From the NCBI GenBank assembly GCA_002811645.1, contig PDIP01000032.1, positions 136,429-200,428 of the forward strand: DNA of 64,000 nt. Direction: 5' to 3'. Shown here piece after piece: positions 24,081-32,677 of the stretch. The notes beneath the pieces are model-generated. The model saw only the letters and a list, made by a program, of their open reading frames with translations, did not search any database and was not told the DNA's origin. The position numbers and the translations under genes were made by a program. Position 1 is the stretch's first letter. The number at the start of each line of letters is the position of its first letter. Source of the DNA: Corallochytrium limacisporum Hawaii (taxonomy: Eukaryota; Protista; Pluriformea).

Positions 24081-25034
24081 TCACTTGCGGGCTGTTGTTA
24101 TTGCAGCTCCCAATTCATTTTCTAACAGCTTTGCCTCAGAGTCTCTTCCACGTTTCTTCAAGTAGCTGGCATACGCGTTCAACAGATCCTCTGCTTCGTT
24201 AGCTTCCTCAAGTGACAGCAACCGTCCTTCATAGACGCCTTTCGCACTGCCATAGTATCCTTCAGTCAAAAGGGAAGAGTCATGGGCCGCATCCGCTCCC
24301 TTTGCGATTGCTGTCAGGATCACTCCAGCAAATGTGGACACGGCTTTCTCGCCGGCTTCGTTCCTCAGTTCGCCCACGGACTCTTCCATGATTTTCCTGT
24401 TCCCATCTAAGACGCTGACGGCTGCTTTCATAACAGTCGCTCCATGCAAGTCCGCGATCTTTGCTATATCGCCCTTTACGGACCCTTCGATGTTCGCCAT
24501 CAGACATGAGCGTGCGACGTGTTCAATCGCTTCTTCGTCCTTGGAGGCTGCCACACTGTCAAACGCTTCCATTGCAGACGCTTGTGATCCCTCCAGCAAA
24601 TCGCAACGGCCGAGCAGTGCTTTACCTAAGGAGGAATGTGTACCGGTTCCGCTCAGAATTCTTCTAACTAGATCATTCTTGTTGCTGCTGCTGGCAAGCA
24701 GTGCTAGATGTTGTTGGGAATCTTTGTCTAGAGCGCCAGACTTGTATAGCTTTGACAGAATGTTGAATGTGGTCTGGTGGTGTCCCTGCTGTGAGGAGAT
24801 TTCGCATCCCACTTTTAGCGCATCTGTCTTGACTGGCATTTCATCCGGCAAGTTTTGCAAAATCTGCATAGCCCGTGTGTATTCTTGCCAAGCGAGGCCA
24901 GGTTTGCCATTCCTAAGTGCTTCATTTGCTGCTGCAATTTCGGGCAAGGTTTCTCCACCTGAGGAGAAGCTCCGCGTCCACAGTCGCCGTGATGCTGGAC
25001 AACCGCGGCTGCTGAATGCTCGAAGTCCCAGCAT
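24081..25034 (-). CDS. Uncharacterised alpha-helical (TPR-like) protein with probable mitochondrial presequence
   Basis: 317 aa ORF from ATG. N-terminus MLGLRAFSSRG...RRLWTRSFSS is presequence-like, followed by Ala/Leu-rich helical repeats. Confidence 0.75.
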   Translation of the reverse strand: MLGLRAFSSRGCPASRRLWTRSFSSGGETLPEIAAANEALRNGKPGLAWQEYTRAMQILQNLPDEMPVKTDALKVGCEISSQQGHHQTTFNILSKLYKSGALDKDSQQHLALLASSSNKNDLVRRILSGTGTHSSLGKALLGRCDLLEGSQASAMEAFDSVAASKDEEAIEHVARSCLMANIEGSVKGDIAKIADLHGATVMKAAVSVLDGNRKIMEESVGELRNEAGEKAVSTFAGVILTAIAKGADAAHDSSLLTEGYYGSAKGVYEGRLLSLEEANEAEDLLNAYASYLKKRGRDSEAKLLENELGAAITTARK

Positions 25035-25481
25035 ACTGTTCCTTGGTCACCATTCGTCTACGAGAGCATGCTGACGTTAGAAGAGCGATGTTTCGTGTTC
25101 CAACGCTGTCCCAAAGTAGTTGTCTTGTGAGCTCAGCCGTGACGCAACTCTTGAGGGCTGAGTGGAGAAATTCCAGTGGAGAGTCTCACCAGAACAGGAG
25201 CACAGGAGGAGCAGGGAGGGACACCCCCACCCCCTCTCCCTCCCTCCCTCGAAAGAGGGGGGTGCGCTATGCAAAGTAGCTGGTTTCTCGATGGCCTGGT
25301 CTAATTTGGTGACCCGCGCTGCACATGTTCTAAGCCATTGCCTACGGTACTGTGCAGTAGGTTATGAAGACGACCTTTTCTTCTTGGTACTTGGGCTCTG
25401 CATGAAGAAATAATTCACTGACTGGGACACAGAATCTTCATAAATACTTTCTAAATTGTAGATATTACAATTCAGAACACT

Positions 25482-26384
25482 ATGTCTAGACAAGATCAGT
25501 TCGACGGTATGCTGCTTGCAGTTGCCCAGCAGACCAGTGGCATTGATGAGCTTTTGGACGTGTTCTTTGGTTTCCTCGATCGTAAGACCGACTTCTATAG
25601 CAATCCACAGCAAGACCCAAAGGCTGCTGTGGACCGGGTATTCAAGAGGTACTGCAAGGCCAAGCAGTCGGTGCCTTCGAAGTCTACGCCGGCGAGCATC
25701 CAAGAGATCAAGGAAGAGAGGCCAGCAGAGGATGTGATGCAGACAATTGAAGCAGAGAGAAAGAAACAGGAAGAGTTGGTTGCTGCTGCGACTGCGAAAA
25801 AGACCGAGGGACCCAAGGACAGTGGGGAGACGAAGGAGGAAGATGGTCCGGAAGAGGGCAAACAGATGCCTAATGTTGGCAACGGTGGCTTTGCCGACAA
25901 TTACATTTGGTCACAGACTTTGGCTGACGTGGAAATTCGTCTACCCACTCAGATAGATGCCCGACTGAAGGGTCGTGACATTGTTGTGGACATCGGACGG
26001 CGCAAATTGAAGGTGGCTATCAAGAACGGCAAGACCCTTGTTGATGGTGAGCTGTACAACGAAGTGAAGGCAGATGAAAGCTTTTGGACACTGGAAGATG
26101 GCAAGACCATTGTAGTGCAGTTGAACAAAATTAACGCCATGGAGTGGTGGGAATCTATTGTGAAAGGTGGTCCTGCCATTGATACCAAGAAAGTGGAGCC
26201 GGAGAACAGCAACCTCAGTGACCTAGACGGAGACACTCGGCAAATGGTGGAGAAGATGATGTATGATCAGCGACAAAAGCAGATGGGTTTGCCCACAAGT
26301 GATGAGCAGAAGAAGCAGGATATGCTCAACAAATTCATGGCGCAGCATCCAGAAATGGACTTCAGCAATGCAAAGATTCAGTAA
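25482..26384 (+). CDS. NUDC: Nuclear distribution protein NudC
   Basis: FDGMLLAVAQQ...FFGFLDRKTDF N-terminus, PNVGNGG/YIWSQTL CS (p23) domain, LSDLDGDTRQMVEKMMYDQRQK...HPEMDFSNAK C-terminus. Confidence 0.97.
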   Translation: MSRQDQFDGMLLAVAQQTSGIDELLDVFFGFLDRKTDFYSNPQQDPKAAVDRVFKRYCKAKQSVPSKSTPASIQEIKEERPAEDVMQTIEAERKKQEELVAAATAKKTEGPKDSGETKEEDGPEEGKQMPNVGNGGFADNYIWSQTLADVEIRLPTQIDARLKGRDIVVDIGRRKLKVAIKNGKTLVDGELYNEVKADESFWTLEDGKTIVVQLNKINAMEWWESIVKGGPAIDTKKVEPENSNLSDLDGDTRQMVEKMMYDQRQKQMGLPTSDEQKKQDMLNKFMAQHPEMDFSNAKIQ

Positions 26385-27174
26385 TCAAGCTGTGTTTCTT
26401 ACGAGATTTGTGCATGATTAAATCAACTCTTTCCTGTAATAAAGAAGATCCCGGGAGTTCAACAGGTTTGTCTTTCATGGCGGGCTTTGCGGTTTCGTCT
26501 CTCGCTTTAGGATCGGCCATCGCGGCTTCGATCTGCTTTTTTCGCTCTTCTCTTTGTTTCGTTTCCCTCTCTTTCCGGATCTTAATGTCACTCTTAACAC
26601 GGTCATTCAACTCATCATAGTGGCATACGCTTTAATCGATGAGCCACCTGAGCCCTTCTTCAATCGCATCATCAAGGCCCTCCGTGCCTTTTGCCTGACA
26701 AGAGACTATCTTTGGACACTTTTCATCTCCAATAAACCGGGACACAAGCGTTGCGTCTTGCTCGTTAGCAATGAGATCTCTCTTGTTTCCAAGGAGTAGC
26801 AATGGCTTTCCCTTCACATGCTCATTCTCAAGGACTCCAGCCAGAACCTCTCGTGACCCCGCAAACTTTTGCTCATCTGTAAGATCAAACACTTAGATAA
26901 CACCATGTACATCTGGTGTGTAGTTTGACCAGATATGAGGTATCCTTGTACCACCACCAACGTCGTATATTGTGACCTGTATGTCTCCCATTTGAAACAC
27001 TTCCCGATTCAACCCGACCGTTGGGACAATATAGTCAACAGGTTGACCTTGAATTGCACTGACAACAGTCGATTTTCCAGCATTATCTAGACCAAGTACC
27101 ACGTATGTAAGGCCTCAAAACTGAGCGTCTGCATCCTGCTTGACTTGTAAGTTGCTTGAGCACCTGCAGCCCAT
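26362..27174 (-). pseudogene. ARL13B: Ciliary small GTPase ARL13B with three in-frame stop codons (TGA 27117-27115, TAA 26895-26893, TAA 26634-26632)
   Basis: Three ORF-track fragments plus the N-terminus lie in one frame from ATG 27174: MGCRCSS...QF*GLTYVVLGLDNAGKS...PTVG...DVGGGTRIPHIWSNY...GVI*VFD...GKPLLLLGNKRD...IEEGLRWLID*SVCHYDELNDRV, then a coiled coil. DxGGG (Gly in place of the catalytic Gln) and the post-GTPase coiled coil are ARL13 hallmarks. Pseudogene versus recoded gene is unresolved. Confidence 0.88.
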
Positions 27175-28166
27175 TGCGTGGTCTCCCTGTACACATCGCT
27201 GGGAATGTTCGACTTGGAATTGGTTCGAATCTAGTATGGCGTTTGATGTTCATGGCTCCTCAGGGAGTTCACACCGCTTGAATAGGCGGAACTCATCATT
27301 TAGCGCTACTCTGTCAATCAGCCGTTGGGATTTCTGGTACTTCCTCTCACCCACATCAGCGCCTGTAGAGTTCAATGGGCAGACGAGGGTTGCCTTGACA
27401 CGAATCCCTCTCAGTCCCCTCCGGGGCCCCAGGACAGTTTCGAGGTACCACCTATTTCCTGCCTTTCCAAGCCAAGGCCCATATCAGGGCAGAGGCCAAA
27501 GGTATCTATCTAATATGAAATCGAACTGATTGTGGTACCACTCTGGGCCGTGTGTCTACAAAGTACAAGCAGCGCAGTTTTCTGATCCTCTATCCATCCA
27601 GAGGTAGCCCGGCCTGTTACCGCATGAGGTGTCCATACTAAACGCCAATCGACTGGACGATGGCCCCCAGTGCGTATGCAAATCCCTGTAATTCTGTTTT
27701 GTAACAAAAGAAACTCTTGGCGTCAGCAGGAAAAAAAATTGCCCGGCGTCCCAATGCTGTCTGTGAAAGTCCGCGAAGCCGTCCAGCATAAGAGTACTCA
27801 AGGTTCTGGACTCAGTGGCATTTCTACCACAGTTCGTGTAGAAACCACTACGACGCCCTCTTTTGGAAGACGTCGGAACGCTCGAGACAGAGTGGACAAG
27901 TATCGAGCAACCCAGTCGTGCCGCCGGTAGTTAGATATGCCCTGGTGATTTTTGCACCCGGGAGAGTGCGGGGGAATGGCGCAAGACGAAAAAGGGCTAG
28001 GTAGCCAGCCACACAACCCGCGGGAGTTGCAATAGTCCAGTATAGCAGGGCGGTGACACTAAAAGGCGGTGGAGGCAGTACCTGGGATAAAGCGCACACA
28101 TTCATTCTTATGGTCGGAAATTAAAACTATTTCATTGAAAACGGAAATCAGCTTGCGAAACTTTAT

Positions 28167-28559
28167 ATGGCGATCTTATTGACCAGAGTCTACTGCACAA
28201 TAGAAACTTGCCGCGAATCTAGTGCAATGACAAGCAACGGTACAGAACAGCCCAAGGACAGTGGGCAGAAGGCTGAGTCTTCAAGCTCCCGCAAGCGCCG
28301 TTCCGTAAAGAACAGAGAACAGCATAATCGTCTGGAAAAATATCGTCGGGCTCATCTGAAAGCCTGCTTCGAAGAACTTAAAGAAACGATCCCGAGCATT
28401 CAGGACAGCAAAGCATCTACTGTGGCCATCCTCCAGCATGCCACGAAGTACACAGGGGCACTGAACCAGCATTACGAGCAAACTATAATTAGGATTGCTA
28501 AGCTACGATATATTAATGAATGGTGCAAGCAGCAAATGGCTGAAATTGAGGGTAAATAA
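28167..28559 (+). CDS. Mnt/Mxd(Mad)-like bHLH-leucine zipper transcription factor (Myc/Max network)
   Basis: REQHNRLEKYRRAHLKACFEELKETIP...STVAILQHATKY followed by a zipper, close to MNT HNKLEKNRRAHLKECFETLK. Alternative start at ATG 28227. Confidence 0.85.
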   Translation: MAILLTRVYCTIETCRESSAMTSNGTEQPKDSGQKAESSSSRKRRSVKNREQHNRLEKYRRAHLKACFEELKETIPSIQDSKASTVAILQHATKYTGALNQHYEQTIIRIAKLRYINEWCKQQMAEIEGK

Positions 28560-28583
28560 AGCAGATAATAAATATAGGCTTGC

Positions 28584-30758
28584 TCATTCTCGTGTTCCCT
28601 TGGCTGTGCTAAGCACAATAACGCAGACGTCATGGACGGGAATATGAAACAGTTTCCGGGACGCCAAATAGCTTCGTACACCGGAGATTCTGTCCAGGTC
28701 TACGTCCTCTGTGGGTTCAGCAGAAAGGCCAGCGTCTTGAATCTCATCGAAGAGCTCATCGACCTCGTCACTTGGCATTTCCAGAATGATTCGGGCCTCA
28801 TTCGCAATATGCAATCTCGCACCAATTTCGGCCCAGCCCTGCCGAATACCACGTAACATAGCATTGAAGTTCCTAATGAGTGAGGTTGACACACCGGAAG
28901 AAGTTATCTGTGCAAGCAAGAGGTTTTGAACTGCGAAATGATCCAGCTCAGGTACTAAGAAATCGAGGAGGTCAGAATGCAATCGGTGGTTGAGCATGGC
29001 GCGCGCGCTTAGCAAGTGCTGGGATGCGATTGTTATGGATTCGGCCCAGACTAAAGTAGATGGGTGGTAGGACATAATATCATCGTCGACCTGGTCGTCA
29101 GTACCATCTGGGTCCGCACATGTACGCCAGCTCAACTTCTTGATGAATCCCATGACCGTGTCACAGAGCAACCCCGTGCAACGCCGTTCTGCATCTTCAT
29201 ACACCTTTTCGATGCCCATGAGATCAACCGTATCATCGGAATTCTCTGACTCATCTTTCAGCGCAAATGAATCCAATAAACTGTGTTGTACATTTCCGAT
29301 TGACTGCCGAAGCTCAGACAGACTGTTACCAATCTGACACAGTGCCCTCAGAGTTTTGTCCACGTGTCCCTGCAGGCGACTACATGTCAGCGCAGCTGAA
29401 GACAGCTCAGTTTCCGTGGCACTCAGGGTCGGAATAAAACACTTGCGGACGAACCAACGCCTTTTCTCGGCACTTGCAATCAATGTACACCTGTCAGTGA
29501 ACGACGATGTATAGATAATGAGCCGCCTCATTTCTGGCAGCAGACCATTTTCTCCCGTGTGGTCGACTGCAATATCCTGTATGATCAAATTCTTAACAAA
29601 TTGGTCCGCTGTACCAACGAGCTGGAACGCCTTCTCATACCCAGACTGCTCGTATGTTTGAAAGAGTTCCCAGAGTTTGTCATACTGCAGCAGTCGGTTC
29701 ATCAGACTGTCCTCTAAATTCACACCATTCAGATTCAAAAGGCGGCGATCAAAGAGCAGAACCTCGCCGAATGTGTGATTCAGGAGTCCATCGTCCTTTA
29801 CTATTGTATCCTGATCTACCAATATTTTCTGCGCCGCAAGATCGACAGCCCGTTTAGCAAGTAGAGGGATCAATGAGGGAAGCCAATTCAATCCGCGTTT
29901 CCGCAAGTCGGCATCGATGGTTTCGTAGCATCCCAATGAATTCAGCAAGAAGGTGAGGTACCACTCCGGCTTATCAACCCGATTGGTTGGCCGATCTCCG
30001 ATGAAATGAAATTGGAATCTTTTCAGAATGGGTGTCAGGAAGGACGTCACGAGAAAGTCGAATCGGATGGGCTTCTCATCCCGTATTCTCAAAGTCACTG
30101 GCATGCCCGCAGAACCATTGCTGTTTCTGTCATTTTCCATCAATCCCGACGTAGTCATGATCACGGGGTTCTCCAGAAAAACCATCTCCGTGACTAGTGA
30201 CACCAACGATTTCCGAACTGGCAGAGACAACTCATCTGCATCCTGAACCTTCGCAAGCCACCCTACCTGATTAAACATGGCCTGGAAGTGTCGATCCAAA
30301 AATTCTCTTATAGCTTGCTGCCAATATAATTGTTCCCTTTCAATGAAAGAATTGAGACGTGTGCATGCTGAGCCAGAAGAATGTTCCATAAGCAGTGACA
30401 ATTTCCCATAGTTCTGCAGGATCTGTTCCCGCTGATTGTCCTGCAGTGGTTCCTGAGGCCGCAACGCCAAAACTGCTGCCACGTATCTACTGTACTGGTC
30501 AATCAAAAACCATCCTCCTCTCTTTTGCAATGCATCAGCATCTGATGAGGATGAGGCGTACCGGCTGTTGCTCTCCTTCGGTAAGTGTAGCTTCGCGTCT
30601 TTGAGTAACCCCTGGAGATCTGACACCTCCTCTCGCAACGCCGAATCTAGTGACTTATGTGTCTGTTTCAGAGTATCTAGCGACGCAGCCAGGTGCAATC
30701 GGTCTGCTTCTGCATCTTCCAATGCAGATTTTAATGTTTCTCTAATATTGTGGGTCAT
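28584..30758 (-). CDS. RINT1: RINT1/Tip20 (NRZ/Dsl1 tethering complex subunit)
   Basis: First ATG at 30758. Signature PILKRFQFHFIGDRPTNRVDKPEWYL and LLNHTFGEVLLFDRRL. Confidence 0.93.
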   Translation of the reverse strand: MTHNIRETLKSALEDAEADRLHLAASLDTLKQTHKSLDSALREEVSDLQGLLKDAKLHLPKESNSRYASSSSDADALQKRGGWFLIDQYSRYVAAVLALRPQEPLQDNQREQILQNYGKLSLLMEHSSGSACTRLNSFIEREQLYWQQAIREFLDRHFQAMFNQVGWLAKVQDADELSLPVRKSLVSLVTEMVFLENPVIMTTSGLMENDRNSNGSAGMPVTLRIRDEKPIRFDFLVTSFLTPILKRFQFHFIGDRPTNRVDKPEWYLTFLLNSLGCYETIDADLRKRGLNWLPSLIPLLAKRAVDLAAQKILVDQDTIVKDDGLLNHTFGEVLLFDRRLLNLNGVNLEDSLMNRLLQYDKLWELFQTYEQSGYEKAFQLVGTADQFVKNLIIQDIAVDHTGENGLLPEMRRLIIYTSSFTDRCTLIASAEKRRWFVRKCFIPTLSATETELSSAALTCSRLQGHVDKTLRALCQIGNSLSELRQSIGNVQHSLLDSFALKDESENSDDTVDLMGIEKVYEDAERRCTGLLCDTVMGFIKKLSWRTCADPDGTDDQVDDDIMSYHPSTLVWAESITIASQHLLSARAMLNHRLHSDLLDFLVPELDHFAVQNLLLAQITSSGVSTSLIRNFNAMLRGIRQGWAEIGARLHIANEARIILEMPSDEVDELFDEIQDAGLSAEPTEDVDLDRISGVRSYLASRKLFHIPVHDVCVIVLSTAKGTRE

Positions 30759-31291
30759 GTTGTTAACATAACGGCGCGCTCCAAGATCACATATTACCAA
30801 GGATGTTGGAGCCGATGGCCTGCCTACGTGATATCCATGCTCTACGTAACTTAGTTCTAAAGATTCTATGATTTTCACTCTAAGAAAAGAAGGGAAGATC
30901 TTCTAGCCGGGAATCATGCACTTCGTACCTTTTAGATGCACTGTCAGATATGCCAGGCTGGTCCGGACGGCAAAGCTCACCGCTTTGTGCACAGTCCAGA
31001 TCCACATGAGCCCCTAGTGTAAGCTAGAATGCGCGGGCATTTGTTTGCCTTGGCGGGGAAGGGGCGATACCGACTGGTCGTAGGCGAATTGGGCAGCTGA
31101 AGGACTTTGGTGGTTTTGTGGGGGGAGGGTGGGGCTGTCCGAACGATCCAAAAACGAGGAGGACTGGATATCGGGTGTAACAATAACAACAATTGCAAGG
31201 TACTTACGTCTCCAATGCGTTGGAAATGCTCATTGAATGATGACTATCTAGTCTTGACGTTGGAACTTTACTGTTCCACAAAATAAAAATT

Positions 31292-32524
31292 ATGGATTCC
31301 CTTAGACAGCGGCTATCCGCGGTGTGCGTACAGAACCCACCAGATGGCGCTGAAGCAGAGGCTGAACAATGTCTTGATGTTGCCATGCAAGGGGCAAAGT
31401 CTGGTGAAACGGGCCCTATTGAGCTCTGGCTGGACATGATTCTGCAAGAAGGAGTTTCGGCGCAATTGCCGCGCGCTGGTATCCCTGCCTTTCTCAGATC
31501 TTTGGAAGCATCGGACGGATTAGGTGAACAAATCGTAGTGCATATAGGAGAGAAGGCATTGAATTTGTTGGAGACTAGGCGGCTGATGTTCGAAGAGAAC
31601 ATTGTACGTCTACGAAAAGTTTTATCGGGTGTATTTGAAAAGCAAGAAGACTTTGTGAAGGCAGCACAAATTCTGGCACCAATCACGGAATATCACCATC
31701 TGCGCATATTCACTCCGAACCTGAAGTTCGGAGATCTCCTACACATTGCAGAGCTATATCTAAAAGGGGATAGTCATGTTCAAGCTGACAGTTTTATCAG
31801 TCGTGCATCTGTGCTCCAGGCGGATGTGGATGATCAAAAGCTCTTCATCAAGTTCCAGGAAATGTATACCACCATTCTGGACTTGAAGCGTAGGTTTATG
31901 GACGCCGCACAGCGATACTACGATCTGAGTTGGCAGCCATCTGAATACATTGCTGAGGACGAACGCGAATATGTACTGGAGCGAGCCATTGTCTGCACTA
32001 TTCTCTCTGGAGCCGGGCAGCAGAGAACTCGAATGCTGGGCATTCTCTATCGCGACGAAAGAAGTCATCGTCTGGATGTATACGACGTGCTCAAGAAAAC
32101 TCACCTTCAGCGTCTCCTTGGCAAGGCCGATATGGAACTCTTCGCAAAACGCCTGGGTGCTCATCAATTGGCCACACTGGCAGACGGCAGTACAATTCTC
32201 GATCGGGCTGTTCGTGAACATAATCTTTTGTGTGTCAGTCAATTATACAACAACATTGCAATAAGTGAATTGGCACTATTGCTTGGATTTTCGGAATCTG
32301 TGGCGGAGAAGACAGCGGCAACAATGATCTCAGAGGGTCGAATGGAAGGCAGAATAGATCAGAAGGAAAAGATGATTTATTTTGCAGACGATGAACGAGA
32401 TATTCAGCGCTGGGATGACAAGGTTCATGGAATCTGCTTGCAGTTAAATGACTGCCTTGAAAAGATTCAGGAGTTGCATCCAGATGGAATCCCTAATGTG
32501 AATAGTATGGACATTGCCTCCTAA
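31292..32524 (+). CDS. COPS4: COP9 signalosome subunit 4
   Basis: FEE...LR, RRFMDAAQRYYDLS, AGQQRTRMLGILYRDER, DGSTILDRAVREHNLL and PCI-domain MISEGRMEGRIDQ. Confidence 0.96.
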   Translation: MDSLRQRLSAVCVQNPPDGAEAEAEQCLDVAMQGAKSGETGPIELWLDMILQEGVSAQLPRAGIPAFLRSLEASDGLGEQIVVHIGEKALNLLETRRLMFEENIVRLRKVLSGVFEKQEDFVKAAQILAPITEYHHLRIFTPNLKFGDLLHIAELYLKGDSHVQADSFISRASVLQADVDDQKLFIKFQEMYTTILDLKRRFMDAAQRYYDLSWQPSEYIAEDEREYVLERAIVCTILSGAGQQRTRMLGILYRDERSHRLDVYDVLKKTHLQRLLGKADMELFAKRLGAHQLATLADGSTILDRAVREHNLLCVSQLYNNIAISELALLLGFSESVAEKTAATMISEGRMEGRIDQKEKMIYFADDERDIQRWDDKVHGICLQLNDCLEKIQELHPDGIPNVNSMDIAS

Positions 32525-32677
32525 GTGTATCCAATATATGAATTCAATTCTAAGACATCATCGCAACTTCAATTCAATATGCGATAATTTAATAATAGAT
32601 GGGAAATTCTTATTTAGCTCTGCAAGAATTTTTCTTGTAGAGGGATGTAATTAGGCAGGACCCCAATACTGCAGCCT

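Noticed and set aside
26632-27117. Tiny introns or selenocysteine explaining the ARL13B stops
   Set aside because: Alignment around the two TAA stops is gap-free, leaving no room for an intron. Two of three stops are TAA, and the TGA is not at a Cys-equivalent site.
27180-27240. GGTTCGAATC B-box-like motif suggesting a tRNA
   Set aside because: Weak T-stem and no cloverleaf with D-arm, anticodon arm and acceptor stem could be built.
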